NCBI RefSeq assembly: GCF_006345805.1
Contig: NC_043012.1
Coordinates: 35,030,001 to 35,094,000, forward strand
Reading direction: 5' to 3'
DNA length: 64,000 nucleotides
Source: Octopus sinensis
Lineage: Eukaryota
Below are positions 52,361 through 64,000 of this stretch, piece by piece. The translations under genes and the position numbers were made by a program. The notes under the pieces were generated by a model that worked only from the letters and a program-made list of their open reading frames with translations, searched no databases and had not been told where the DNA came from. Position 1 is the stretch's first letter; every line of letters begins with the position of its first letter.

Positions 52361-52734
52361 AGAGAGAGAGAGAGGAGATATGTGTGTGTTTATATATATT
52401 TATACACACACAAATGGTAGCATCGATTTAAGTGTTGTAACGTATTTCATCAAATGCGAGAAGATAAAGAACAAAAAAAAAAAAGAGAAACTAAGACAAA
52501 TGCTATAAAGTATTTTGTAATGTGTTCCACCGTTTTTTTTTTTTGTATTTATATATTGATTTGTTACGTTGGTACAAGGTTACATACTTGTAGATGACTA
52601 TGGACTTGTGGAATTTCGACGAGAAGCATAAATGAAATTATCTTCACTCTAAAAGCACGATAATGAATGGCGCGCACACATGTACGTACGAAGCAAAGGA
52701 CAATGTCGCCACGGTTTCCCCCCATCACTACCAA

Positions 52735-53100
52735 GTGGAGGCGTAATGGCCCAGTGGTTAGGGCAGCGGACTCGCGGTCGGAAGATCGCGGTTTCGATTC
52801 CCAGACCGGCCGTTGTGTGTGTTTATTGAGCGAAAACATCTAAGGCTCCACGTGGCTCCAGCAGGGGGGGATGACGACTCCTGTTGTACTCTTTCCCTCC
52901 AACTTTCTCTCACTCTTTCTTCCTGCTTCTTGTCCCCGACTTCCTACGCAACCGCTGAGCCTGGATGCGCATTCATCCATCCGTCGATGCTCTCGGTGTC
53001 GGGGGTTGATCTGCTTTCTCTTCTGCGGGTCTTACGAATAGCAAAGGACCACGTTTCGGACTTCTCCCATTCTGGGACAAAGACCGCTTCGCTCAACAAA
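52735..53100 (+). mobile_element. tRNA-derived SINE (family of 20863-21223)
   Basis: Head GTGGAGGCGTAATGGCCCAGTGGTTAGGGCAGCGG and CAA-rich tail. Confidence 0.88.
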
Positions 53101-53476
53101 CAAACAAACAACCAAACCATCACTGTCATTACTACCATCACCAAATAGACAAATGTTTCTTACAAAATGTAAAAGTCACTTTGTGAAAGTTGAAATTTAC
53201 GAAGTGGATATCGAAGTTCAATTTCAGCATGCGTTAAACCAGACAAACTTTTAAATATATAAGTTTTGATAATAGAATGAAAAATTGCGCTGTCGTCTTC
53301 TTTACGTTACCAAAACCATCATAGTAATTTGAGAGACAAATGTTTGTTGTGATAATGACAGGTGGGGGCTGCTTTGCCGACTAAAATTTGAAATTTGTGC
53401 GGCCCCCACCTGTAATCAACACAACCATTACAGCAGCAAACATCATCATCCCCTTTGTCTCTCAAATTACTATTAC

Positions 53477-53690
53477 CTATTTCTTTACTACCCACAAGGG
53501 GCTAAATACAGAGAGGACAAACAAAGAAAGACAAACGGATTAAGTCGATTATATCGACCCCAGTGCGTAACTGGTACTTATTTAATCGACCCCGAAAGGA
53601 TGAAAGGCAAAGTCGACCTCGGGGGAATTTGAACTCAGAACGTAACGGCTGACGAAATGCGCGAAGCATTTCGTCCGGCGCGCTAACGTT
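53477..53690 (-). mobile_element. SINE monomer of the 184-bp-multimer family
   Basis: TSD TTACTATTACC at 53467-53477 and 53690-53700. Confidence 0.85.
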
Positions 53691-56600
53691 TACTATTACC
53701 ATCATATCAACGTCGCTGCAACCGACACTACTGCCATGACTATCCCTTAGCTTGACGGATTCCTTAGGTCGAGATAGGTCGACTGTATCATTTATTTAGG
53801 CAGAAGTGATAAAATAATTACAAGTAATTATATTATAATTATGTTTGATATAGTTGTTTGAATCGGTGTCATGACGTAACTGATACCGTCAGCTGCATTT
53901 AGATACCAGGCAATGTCAGCAATTGTGGGATATAAACACGCCTCAGGAATGATTTAAGGCATAGAGTCCAGTACTTTATAGTTTCTGCGAAATTCTTTGT
54001 ATTAATATCAGTTTATATATTTATTTCCTTATATTTCGCAATTCGTAACTCACCCACCACATGCTGGATACTGCTTTACAACGGCAGTCACTACTTCATT
54101 GCATTTTAGACTGAAAAGAGTAAGTTTATAGCTAGATATTATTAGTAGTTTGCACACACTAATCTTGTTTTGTTAGCTCCTGTGATGTTAGTCAGTGTAC
54201 AGTGGCCTGCACCTTTTCCTTTATTGGTTCCCTGACCAATACACCAAACTTAAAAGTCCTTGAACCAGAATGTCAAGAAAAATCAACATATCTCTATGTA
54301 ATAAAGTGTAAGTGGATCATCTGTTGATTTCGTTGATAAATGTTCTCACTGATCAACAGAACTACCTTCTCGTTGAAGTTTAGTGAATGTGCGGGCAACA
54401 TACTTTTTTCCTTAAAGCAGAGCAGTGGGACAAGACTCGTCATTTGAATTACCGGTATAGTCCATCCATATTGTGTTTGGGAATCAAATTTCAAGGACAA
54501 AACTAGGTTCGAGTCGAGGTTATTAGTAGAGACTATGGTGTCGAAGAGTGGGATCGAACACTAGCTTCCATGATTGCAAAGACAAATTCTTAACTATTCG
54601 ACCGTGCTGTGGCTTTTTGTGTATGTGTGTACTTGTAGACACGTACGTATGTGTGAAATTGTGTGTTTTAACATTGAACAATTTTTTGACCATGCATGTA
54701 TATGACTGAATTAATTCACACATGAATAAATGCATACATGAATACATAAAATAATCTCTGTTACGTATGCTAATGTGCGAATGAGTGAATTTACTTCAGT
54801 TCGTTTGAGCAAATGAATAGCTGAATCAATCGATGAATCAATATCGAGAGAACTATTTCAGCATAAATATATTTCTGATATAGAAGCTTCTACATTGTCG
54901 TACGGCAACATGAAATTCTCATCAAACCAATCTTGTGATTTGGTTTCAATTAGTTTAATGAATTTAGGCTTCTAATAATTTCGGAAAATGCAAACTCTTA
55001 CAAAATTCTATTTTTGCAGTTCATTAAAAGCTGTAAATCTTGTTACTCATTAATGGATTTTTATGAATATAAAGGTACAAGTAACTTAACTGATAATTAA
55101 TTATCAGAATACATCGCAGAGAGAAAAATATTACATGCTTGAGTGACATGGTGCGGTTTCAATTTTGGATTGAAGCCATTTTACTTAATTCACACTTCCA
55201 ATATGGCGTCTCTTTACAAAAAGAGAAAGCATTATTCGAGGAGTGTGATAACCAGTGGTTTAAAGAGTGAACTTCTTACTTAGAATGCTTGCTGGAAATG
55301 TACGAACGTCACACCGACTCATTTACAGTTTCATGAATATATATAAAAAAAAATCATGAATATAAAGTGGTTGAGATTTCACTTAATTTATTTCAAGGAT
55401 GAGAATTCACTGGACCTTCGTTACTCTTAATTCTGGCATGAATGTCCCATAATCTCATAAAAGGGTGGGGTTTTACCAATATTCTATGAAAAATACGTAA
55501 ACGAACATAAAGGAGTAAAAAATCTTACATTTTAGCGAGTTCAGAAGAATGCAAATTTTAGTTCACAAGTAAAGCTGCATGTCATTGTTATTTAGAAAGT
55601 TATGAATGTTTCAAAACCTCGCTTCCGCGCCATCGCAAAATCTTAATTCCTGTATTTATCAGAGAAATCAATACTATACTGAAATCATAGAACTGGATGT
55701 TAAAAATGTTTAACAATGAGTAACAAAAGCTTAAAAAGAAAAGTTATACGTATATCGTAATGACAATAACAACCAGGATTACCTACGTCAGGTTGACGAC
55801 AATTGAAGACTATAAATACAAGCAATGAAGTCGAATACCAAGCTTAATAGCTTCATGTACTAAGGTAGTGGGATTAACTCTTATTGATGAATAACTGTGG
55901 TACTGCAGCCAGCTTTACAAAATTGACTACGGAACAACATATCGGCGTTACTCCATCTTTCCATTAACGTCAACCATTTTAGCCTTTCTTCTCGGCTCAG
56001 TTTTCCTGCAGTTTGTATTTTTCCGTCTTTTTTCTCATTTGCCCATATGGACATTCATCCTCATACAAGGACAAACTCACAATCGTAAACATTCGCCATC
56101 GCGCGCGCACACACACACACACACACTAATATCATAAGGAAAAATGCACGTGTTAACATGATTCAAACACATACACGCGTGCACTAACCAGCACGGTAGA
56201 TCATGCTAAAGTATCGCAGTCAGTATGCTATGTACTATACATGCATACGTACATACATACATACATACATACACACATACATACACACATACATACACAC
56301 ATACATACACACATACATACATGCATGCATACATACACACACACATACACATACATACATGCATGCATACATACATACACACGCATACACACATACACAC
56401 ATACATACATGCATACATACATACATACGTATGTATGTGTGTATGTGTGTGTGTATGTATGTACGTATGTATGTATGTAACACATTCTACCAGTATACGA
56501 AGTTTAAAAGTGTTTAGTTACAAAGAAATTATTTTAAAAATCTGCCGGTCAAAGCGAAAAGATCCAAACGTTGAATTATTTCTCACTTCTTTCTTAACGC

Positions 56601-56825
56601 TATAATTATATACGGGTACATTTTTTCGGGTTGTTTGGATAGCTCATAACCTAAATTTCGAGCAAGGAATAAAAATTTCATCAAATTCACTTTACTGTAA
56701 ACTATTACGGAGTTGTTTAATCCACTTATAGTAGTTCACTTTGCAACCACGAAGTTCCGGGTTCGATTCCACTGCATCACATCTTGTGTAAATGTCGCTT
56801 TGTATAGCCTCGGGTCAATACATAC

Positions 56826-57230
56826 CTATTTCTTTACTACCCACAAGGGGCTAAACACAGAGAGAACAAACAAGGACAGATAAACGAATTAAGTCGATTA
56901 TATCGACCCCAGTGCGTAACTGGTACTTATTTAATCGACCCCGAAAGGATGAGAGGCAAAGTCGACCTCGGCGGAATTTGAACTCAGAACGTAACGACAG
57001 ACGAAATGCCTATTTCTTTACTACCCACAAGGGGCTAAACACAGAGAGGACAAACAAGGATAAATAAACGGATTAAGTCGATTATATCGACCCCAGTGCG
57101 TAACTGGTCCTTAATTTATCGACCCCGAAAGGATGAAAGGTAAAGTCGACCTCAGCGGAATTTGAACTCAGAACGAAATACCGCTAAGCATTTCGCCCAG
57201 TGTGCTAACGATTCTGCCAGCTCGCCGCCT
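56826..57230 (-). mobile_element. SINE dimer inserted in an older SINE of another family
   Basis: Junction at 57009|57010. 18-bp TSD CCTCGGGTCAATACATAC at 56808-56825 and 57232-57249. Confidence 0.87.
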
Positions 57231-59429
57231 TCCTCGGGTCAATACATACCTTGTAAGTGAAACTAGGTAGAAGGAATCTGCCGAGAAAGTCACCGGGTGG
57301 ATTGTGTTACTAATTTAAAATCTAAAGTCTTGTCACACACACACTGTGTCAAGACGATTCTGCCTGAGAATTAGATTAAAAGTACGTGTTTGTGGAAAGT
57401 TCAGTTATCTGGAGTGTTAATCCAGGAGGAAGGAATTCAGTAGATCGAACAACTGAACCCCCGTTGTCGAACGACGGAGATCCCCCTCGGCCGCCGCCGC
57501 TACCACCACCACCACCACCATTACCATTACTACCATTACTACCACATGTTTCAGATATTTTGATTTACGCTGTACTAGATATATGCGTGCGCAGTAGTGT
57601 TTTGTTCTTGAAATTATTTCTGGTCAAACTTGTATATTTTGGTTTACTCCACCAGGGTGGGGGAGTGGTTGATAGATGAGAATGTTTTTTTTTTTTCATT
57701 TGTTTGCATATAATATATCGAATCACATTCGTCCTCATAATGGCACACACACACACACACAATATTATGTGAACTTCAATCGAACTCAAATTTTTGACTG
57801 ATTGAATCTTTATAATGCCATTGATATCGATCCGATTTTATGTGAAACGATAAAGCTATTACTTTCTCATAAATGGAAACTGGCTGAAAACTGCTGCCAT
57901 ATTTCTCGCCCATTTTGAATATTTACAGAACTTAACGAAATTTACAGTTCTTCTTTAGATGTTTTGGGATTTTTATGGCGGAATGAAAAGTGATAAAAAG
58001 ATTGTGGAATGACAGAACTGGTTGAGCATCGGATGAAATATACTGCAAAATTTGGTCACAATGTTATATTCTGTGTTTTTTACAAGCTCCTATTGAGTAG
58101 ACTTTACCTGCCATCATTCTGGAGTCAGTAAAATAACGACTAAAGTTTGTTTGGTCGACCATCTTCCGCTCGAACTATTTGTTGTTAAGCCAGTTTTAGA
58201 AACCATTATTTTTATTCATGTCAGAAATTACATCGGTATAATTGCGTTTCGCTGTAAGATTTCGTTCTGAGTTCCAATCCTACCTCGATTGACTTTAGCC
58301 CCTCCCCCACCTTATAAACAACTTATAAATTAAGCAATAATGCTAATGTCAGAAACCAATATTTTTATGTTTGCTATTATATCATCGATGTTAGCTGTTT
58401 CAATTATTCTATTCGACAATTTATGCTAATCCCATGTGGGTGGTCATTATTTATTTAGTCGAAATTTAACAAGATTTTCTAAATATTTCATAATTTTAAC
58501 TCATTTAATTCATATGCCATTTATTCAATTTGTTATTTCATGCTCAAACCAAGCCATTCCTGTGCAGTTAGATATGATTTAAAAGGAATAACTTATATCT
58601 TGAGGGGAAGAATAAATTGAATAAGTAGTAATTTTAAAAAATGTTTTCTTCGCTTTTGAAATTATCTCCATAAGGAAAGATGAAGTGTTTCAATTCCTCG
58701 GAATTGAACCGAGAAATTTCTGCCGAATTTACTCAACAAAAAAGTAAGTAGAAAAAAAAATTACAAGAACAAATCCAAACAGGGTAAGGATAACCAAGGG
58801 TCGTTATCTTTGTGTAGGAGTTTTATGGAAATCAGATTGAAAACATTTAGACATCGATCGATAAAAATATGAAGTTTTTTAAAAATAAAAATTCTGGATT
58901 GTTTGTATTTTACATGAATCAAATATTATTTCAGTTTATAATTTTGCTCTCTACTTTGATCTTATTACTACGTGGAAGAATATTTCTGTTATAATTGTCC
59001 ATCAGAAGTGTATTTTATAATTTTATTGTTCAAAGCTGGTGTCTAAATTTGGTTGCTCTGCAGTGTTACGAACACTTGACAACGAAAATATTAATAGAAA
59101 TATTATTAAATTATTCGCTTACTTCATTTTACTCGAAAGGAATCCGATCATTTAATATGTATCAGATATAAAACAACAACAGTAAAATCGATAAACTATG
59201 GTCCATGATAGAACTGACTAGCAAACGAATCCTACACTAAAATGATTACGCTGTTAGTTTATTGTTGGCGAGATACAGTGGCACCATTCTGTCTTACTTA
59301 TCAAGGCATTGCTTCCGATTTGGAGAATCCAAATATCTTCGCGTTGAAAGAAGTGATGCATTCAGTTTATTTCGTTTATAAATGCCAGCATGGTCTAGAG
59401 TTTATAAGCTGAGAAATAGAGGGGTGCAT

Positions 59430-59770
59430 AAATAGGTTAACAGATAGATAGATAAAGAGAGAGAGAGAAAGAGAGAGAGAGAGAGCGAGAGAAAGAGAGA
59501 GAGAGAGAGAGATAGAGAGAGAAAGAGAGTGGAAGGGAGAGAGAGGGGGAAAGAGAGAGAGAGCTAGTGGTAGAGAAAGAAGAAGTAGAGAAAGAGAGAG
59601 TGGAGAGAGATCGGGGTGGGGGTAGAGAGAAGGAGTAGAGAGAGAGCGAGAGAGAAGGTAGAGAGAGCGAAAGAGAGAGTGTGTGGTAGAGAGAGAGAGG
59701 GGATAGAGAGAGAGAGAGAGATAGAGGCAGAGAGATATATACATAGATAGATAGAGAGAGAGGGGGGAGG
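59430..59770 (+). repeat. Degenerate (GA)n purine tract
   Basis: Read directly. Confidence 0.9.
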
Positions 59771-60449
59771 AGCTATTGGATGACTTAGATTTTAACTTCA
59801 GAGGAGCTTTATAACGTTAAGTTGAAAGTAGCGTGAGTTAATCCTAAACTATTAAACATGGTTTCTTCTTTTCCTTGAAAGTCTTCGTTTTTTTTCTGAA
59901 TCATCATCATCATGGCATGAGCTAAATCGCAATCAATCGTGTGGCCAAATTATGATCTTCAGCGATCAGCGATCGACAAACACTCATCAATTAATATTGA
60001 TTTCCGACATAGGCATAATAAGGCTTCCAAATTTGTGAATGGCGAGAAGAGAGTCAATCACATCATACCAAATACTTCTTTTATCGCCTGGCAAAAAGTT
60101 GTTCTCGGCAGAATATAGAGGAACGTAACTAAAAAAAAGTGTAGATGTAGCTCTGTGTAAGAAGTTTGCTTCCCAACCACATGGTTCTAGGTTCAACCCC
60201 ACTGCGTGGCTCTTTGTGCAAGTGTCTTCTACTATAGACCGAGTCAACTAGCGCAAACTATATTATATATATATATATAATGTTATATATATCTATAGAT
60301 CAATTATGTATATAAAATAGTATATATATATATTGTTATATATCTATATATTATATACATATATGTATATATATATATACATATATACATATATGTATAT
60401 ATATATATATACATATATACATCTATGTATAATATATATATATATCACA

Positions 60450-60492
<43 letters not shown>

Positions 60493-60567
60493 TTTATATG
60501 TGTATATATATAAGATGTATAGATATATGTAGATATATATATTATATACACATTATGTATAATATAT

Positions 60568-61153
60568 AAATCCTTAAATCCTTAAAAATGTTTTAGCCCG
60601 AAGGCCGCGGCCATGCTGGGCACCACCGCTGAATGAGCCACACTAGTTTGTGAATCCACCTCTGATACGTGGCACTTGATCAACAAGGGAGTCATGCTGC
60701 TGCCCGCATCCGCGTATCCTGTCGTGAGGTAGGTTCTCTGGGACTTCCAACAAGAGAGATCCAGTTTAGTTTAAAGAAACCCACATCCAACATGTAAGTC
60801 TCTCAGGCATTTAGGGGGATGTTGAAAAGCTGTGGTCCTCTGAAACCCAAGCTGTTGCAGTATCTGGACCTGTATTTTGATGGTGATGTTGGAATCCTTG
60901 GCACCACGCAGCGGCGCCCCGTTCTGCGGTTGGAGTAACTTTGAATGCCAAGTTGGGATAAGACCCTCCAGGATTTTCCAGATGTATATTACTGCATATC
61001 TCTCCCGCCTCCGCTCCAGGGAGAAGAGGTTTAATACTTCAGTCTTTCCCAGTAGCTGACATTTTTGCTTGAGACGATTTTCTTTGTGTAGCTTCTCTGA
61101 GTTGCTTCGAGTTCTGCTGTTTGTTTTATATTGTGTGGTGACCAAAGTTGGTC
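60568..61153 (-). mobile_element. CR1-clade LINE 3' end with UTR stem-loop and (TTTAAGGA)n tail
   Basis: [29 protein letters not shown] / LNLFSLERRRERYAVIYIWKILEGL / GPQLFNILPKCLRDL. Confidence 0.88.
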
Positions 61154-61254
61154 ATATATATATATATATATATATAATATATATATATATACATATATAT
61201 ATATAGATATACATATATATATATACATATATATATATACATATTATATATACA

Positions 61255-61288
<34 letters not shown>

Positions 61289-62046
61289 CATATTATTATA
61301 CATATATATAATACATATAATAATATAATACATATATATACATTATGTATATATACATATATGTATATATATCTAATATATATACATATATGTATATATA
61401 TTATATATATACATAATATATATAAGATATATATACATATATGTATATATATATATATATACATATATGTATATATATATATATACAATATATGTATATA
61501 TATATATATATATACATATATGTATATACTATAATATATAATACTATGTATATATATATATTATACAATACAAATATATTGTATATATATCTATATATAC
61601 ATACATATATGTATATATATATATATATATACATATATGTATATATTATATACATATGTATATATATATATACATATATATACATATATATTATATATAT
61701 ACATATATATATATAATATATATACCTATATATAATATATATCTAATATATAAATATCTATATCTATATATATATCGATACATATATGTCTATATATATA
61801 TATACATATATGTATATATATATATATACATTATTTTATTATATACATATATGTATATATCATATATGTAATATATATATATACTATATATATATATAAC
61901 ATAGTATTTATAATATATATATACATATATGTATATATACATATATGTATATATATACATATATGTATATATATATATCATATATGATCTATATAATATA
62001 TACATATATATAATATATACATATATATATATATATACATAATTCT

Positions 62047-62083
<37 letters not shown>

Positions 62084-62346
62084 ACTAGATACATATATAT
62101 AATATAATATATATATATAATATATATAGATATACATATACATATATATATATACATATACATATATATATACCTATCAAGTATCACAGTAGCAAAGTAT
62201 ATATATATATATATTATATACATATATATATAATATATATATATATATATAATATATATAGACTACATATATATATATACATATATATATATATAATATA
62301 CATATATATTATAAATACATATATATATATACATATATATATATAC

Positions 62347-62377
<31 letters not shown>

Positions 62378-62524
62378 CATATATATATATACATTAATAA
62401 TATATAGATAATATATAATATATTACATATATATTATACATAATATATATATAGTATACATAATATATACATATATATATATACAATATATATATATGTA
62501 TAATATATATATACATATAATATA

Positions 62525-62558
<34 letters not shown>

Positions 62559-62619
62559 CCATAATATATATATATGATACATATATAATATATAATACAT
62601 ATATATATGTATATATGTG

Positions 62620-62651
<32 letters not shown>

Positions 62652-63003
62652 CATATATATATAGGTATATATAGATATACATAATATATATGTATATATA
62701 TATATAACATATATATATATGTATATATATATATACATATATATATGTATAATATATATATACACATATATATATATGTTGTATATATATATATATGTAT
62801 ATATATATACAATATATTATATATGTATTATAACTATAACTAATAATATATGTATTATATACATATATATATAACATATATATATATATATACATATATA
62901 CACATATATATATATACATTATCAATATTATATATAATATACATATATACATTATATATATATATACATATTAATACATATATATAATATATACATATAT
63001 ATA

Positions 63004-63038
<35 letters not shown>

Positions 63039-63060
63039 CACACATATATATATATATTAC
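61154..63060. repeat. ~1.9-kb degenerate (TA)n/(TATACA)n tract
   Basis: Read directly. Confidence 0.95.
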
Positions 63061-63126
63061 AATGTTGAAGTGTGTTAAGCAATAAAAATATATATATAGA
63101 TAGATTTTGTAATGTTCGTAAAGTTC

Positions 63127-63164
63127 AATTAGCGCTTTCATACGTTTGTAGTAATCATCAGATT
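63127..63164 (-). ncRNA. Minimal type I hammerhead-like motif (U.U at base of helix II)
   Basis: AAU-CUGAUGA-U UAC(UACAAAC)GUA U-GAA-AGCGCU-A-AUU. Confidence 0.5.
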
Positions 63165-63769
63165 TCAAAATGTATTAACTGACAGTTGAATTGAGTGCTT
63201 GACAATTGTAGTAAAATGACTGACTTCTTCCTTTTGATACCTTTTAGAATGCTCCGACAAGCTGATTTTTTCGAATACGGTTTTGACCAATCAGCATGCA
63301 ACTTAAACGTCACGGTTTGCCGGGCTCACCGATATTACTGGCTTAGACCCTGCCTTTATTTTAACTACTTGGCTTGCAGAGTGAGCAAACTTAGTTGGTT
63401 TTGATCGTTTTTATTTCAGTAGGTGGGAATTTTCTGTAATTTGCCTATATTCATATGTTAAAAATATTTTTTTAATCCACATCATGAACTGGTTGTTATA
63501 TTATTGTTGTTATTTCCGTTCAGAATAAAAAACCATAATGGACCGTCAAATAAACCCCAAAAGTCTTTTTACAAACTGAAAATATGAATAATATACCCAC
63601 CCCTAGGAACAAGAGAAAAAGCATACTTAACCACAACCAACATACTAAGCTCACCAGGCAAAAGATGTTAATGATGGAAGAAATAAGAGACAAAAAAGAA
63701 CCCGGTTTTTAGGGTCAGGACAACAAACACCGGAGAAGGAAAAAGTTCAAGAAGAAACACCCGTGGAAC

Positions 63770-64000
63770 AACTGTGGACCCTAAAATTATTAATCTGTTA
63801 AAAAGAATTATAGACTGTGACGAACTTTGATTATTGATAAAAGGACTAAAATTCACACCTACTCTTACAGTCAACCATCAAGAATTGGACGAAGATATTC
63901 AAAACTTTTGTCGGAAACTACGACTTGGGGAGATTTTTACTGATAAAATTAATGAGAATGACAAATCCTTGGCGAAAAATAAATCAAAATTTAACCAAAA
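63770..64000 (+). pseudogene. N-terminal part of a Penelope-like element RT ORF, runs off the window
   Basis: PKIINL..KR....EL.LLIKGLKFTPT....ELDEDIQNFCRKLRLGEIF...SLAKNKSKFN resembles the recalled PLE motif INLS..L...E..LL.KGLKFxPTP...D...F.RKLRL.EYF. Confidence 0.72.

Noticed and set aside
52735-52810. tRNA-like sequences at SINE heads (also 15280-15350, 21150-21223, 50448-50520)
   Set aside because: They have A/B boxes but continue into shared SINE bodies and lack a complete cloverleaf with acceptor stem.
36642-63082. Long ORFs in the supplied track (e.g. 37523-38454, 40863-41598, 45447-47753, 61126-63082)
   Set aside because: They are translations of stop-free microsatellites (CTTT, CTT/GAA, CATA, TA); many also use non-ATG starts. 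No domain content.

Overview
Repeat-dominated eukaryotic non-coding DNA, very probably from an octopus or related coleoid cephalopod. This is inferred from the tRNA-derived SINE families and the extreme AT/CATA/CTT microsatellite load. I found no host protein-coding exon I can support; almost all supplied ORFs are microsatellite translations or fragments of decayed transposons. Recognisable transposon remnants: CRE-, HERO- and R4/Dong-like restriction-endonuclease LINEs, a CR1 3' end, two Penelope-like element (PLE) ORF pieces, Tc1, maT-like and Chapaev3-like transposases, two non-autonomous Helitrons, two related solo-LTR-like elements, several fold-back MITEs and many SINEs. The most notable signal is 13 type I hammerhead ribozyme (HHR) motifs from about 8 sequence-unrelated repeat families. 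Two families form retrozyme-like tandem arrays with one HHR per unit: a 352/353-bp unit at 1398-2310 and a ~593-bp unit at 12724-14640 that also folds back on itself. One family is a 453-bp near-perfect palindrome with an HHR in each arm. Several solitary motifs carry core variants (G3-C8 swap, U4C, A6U, an extra base before helix II). Most families have their own self-complementary helix III. All ribozyme calls come from manual base-pairing; activity and expression are untested.
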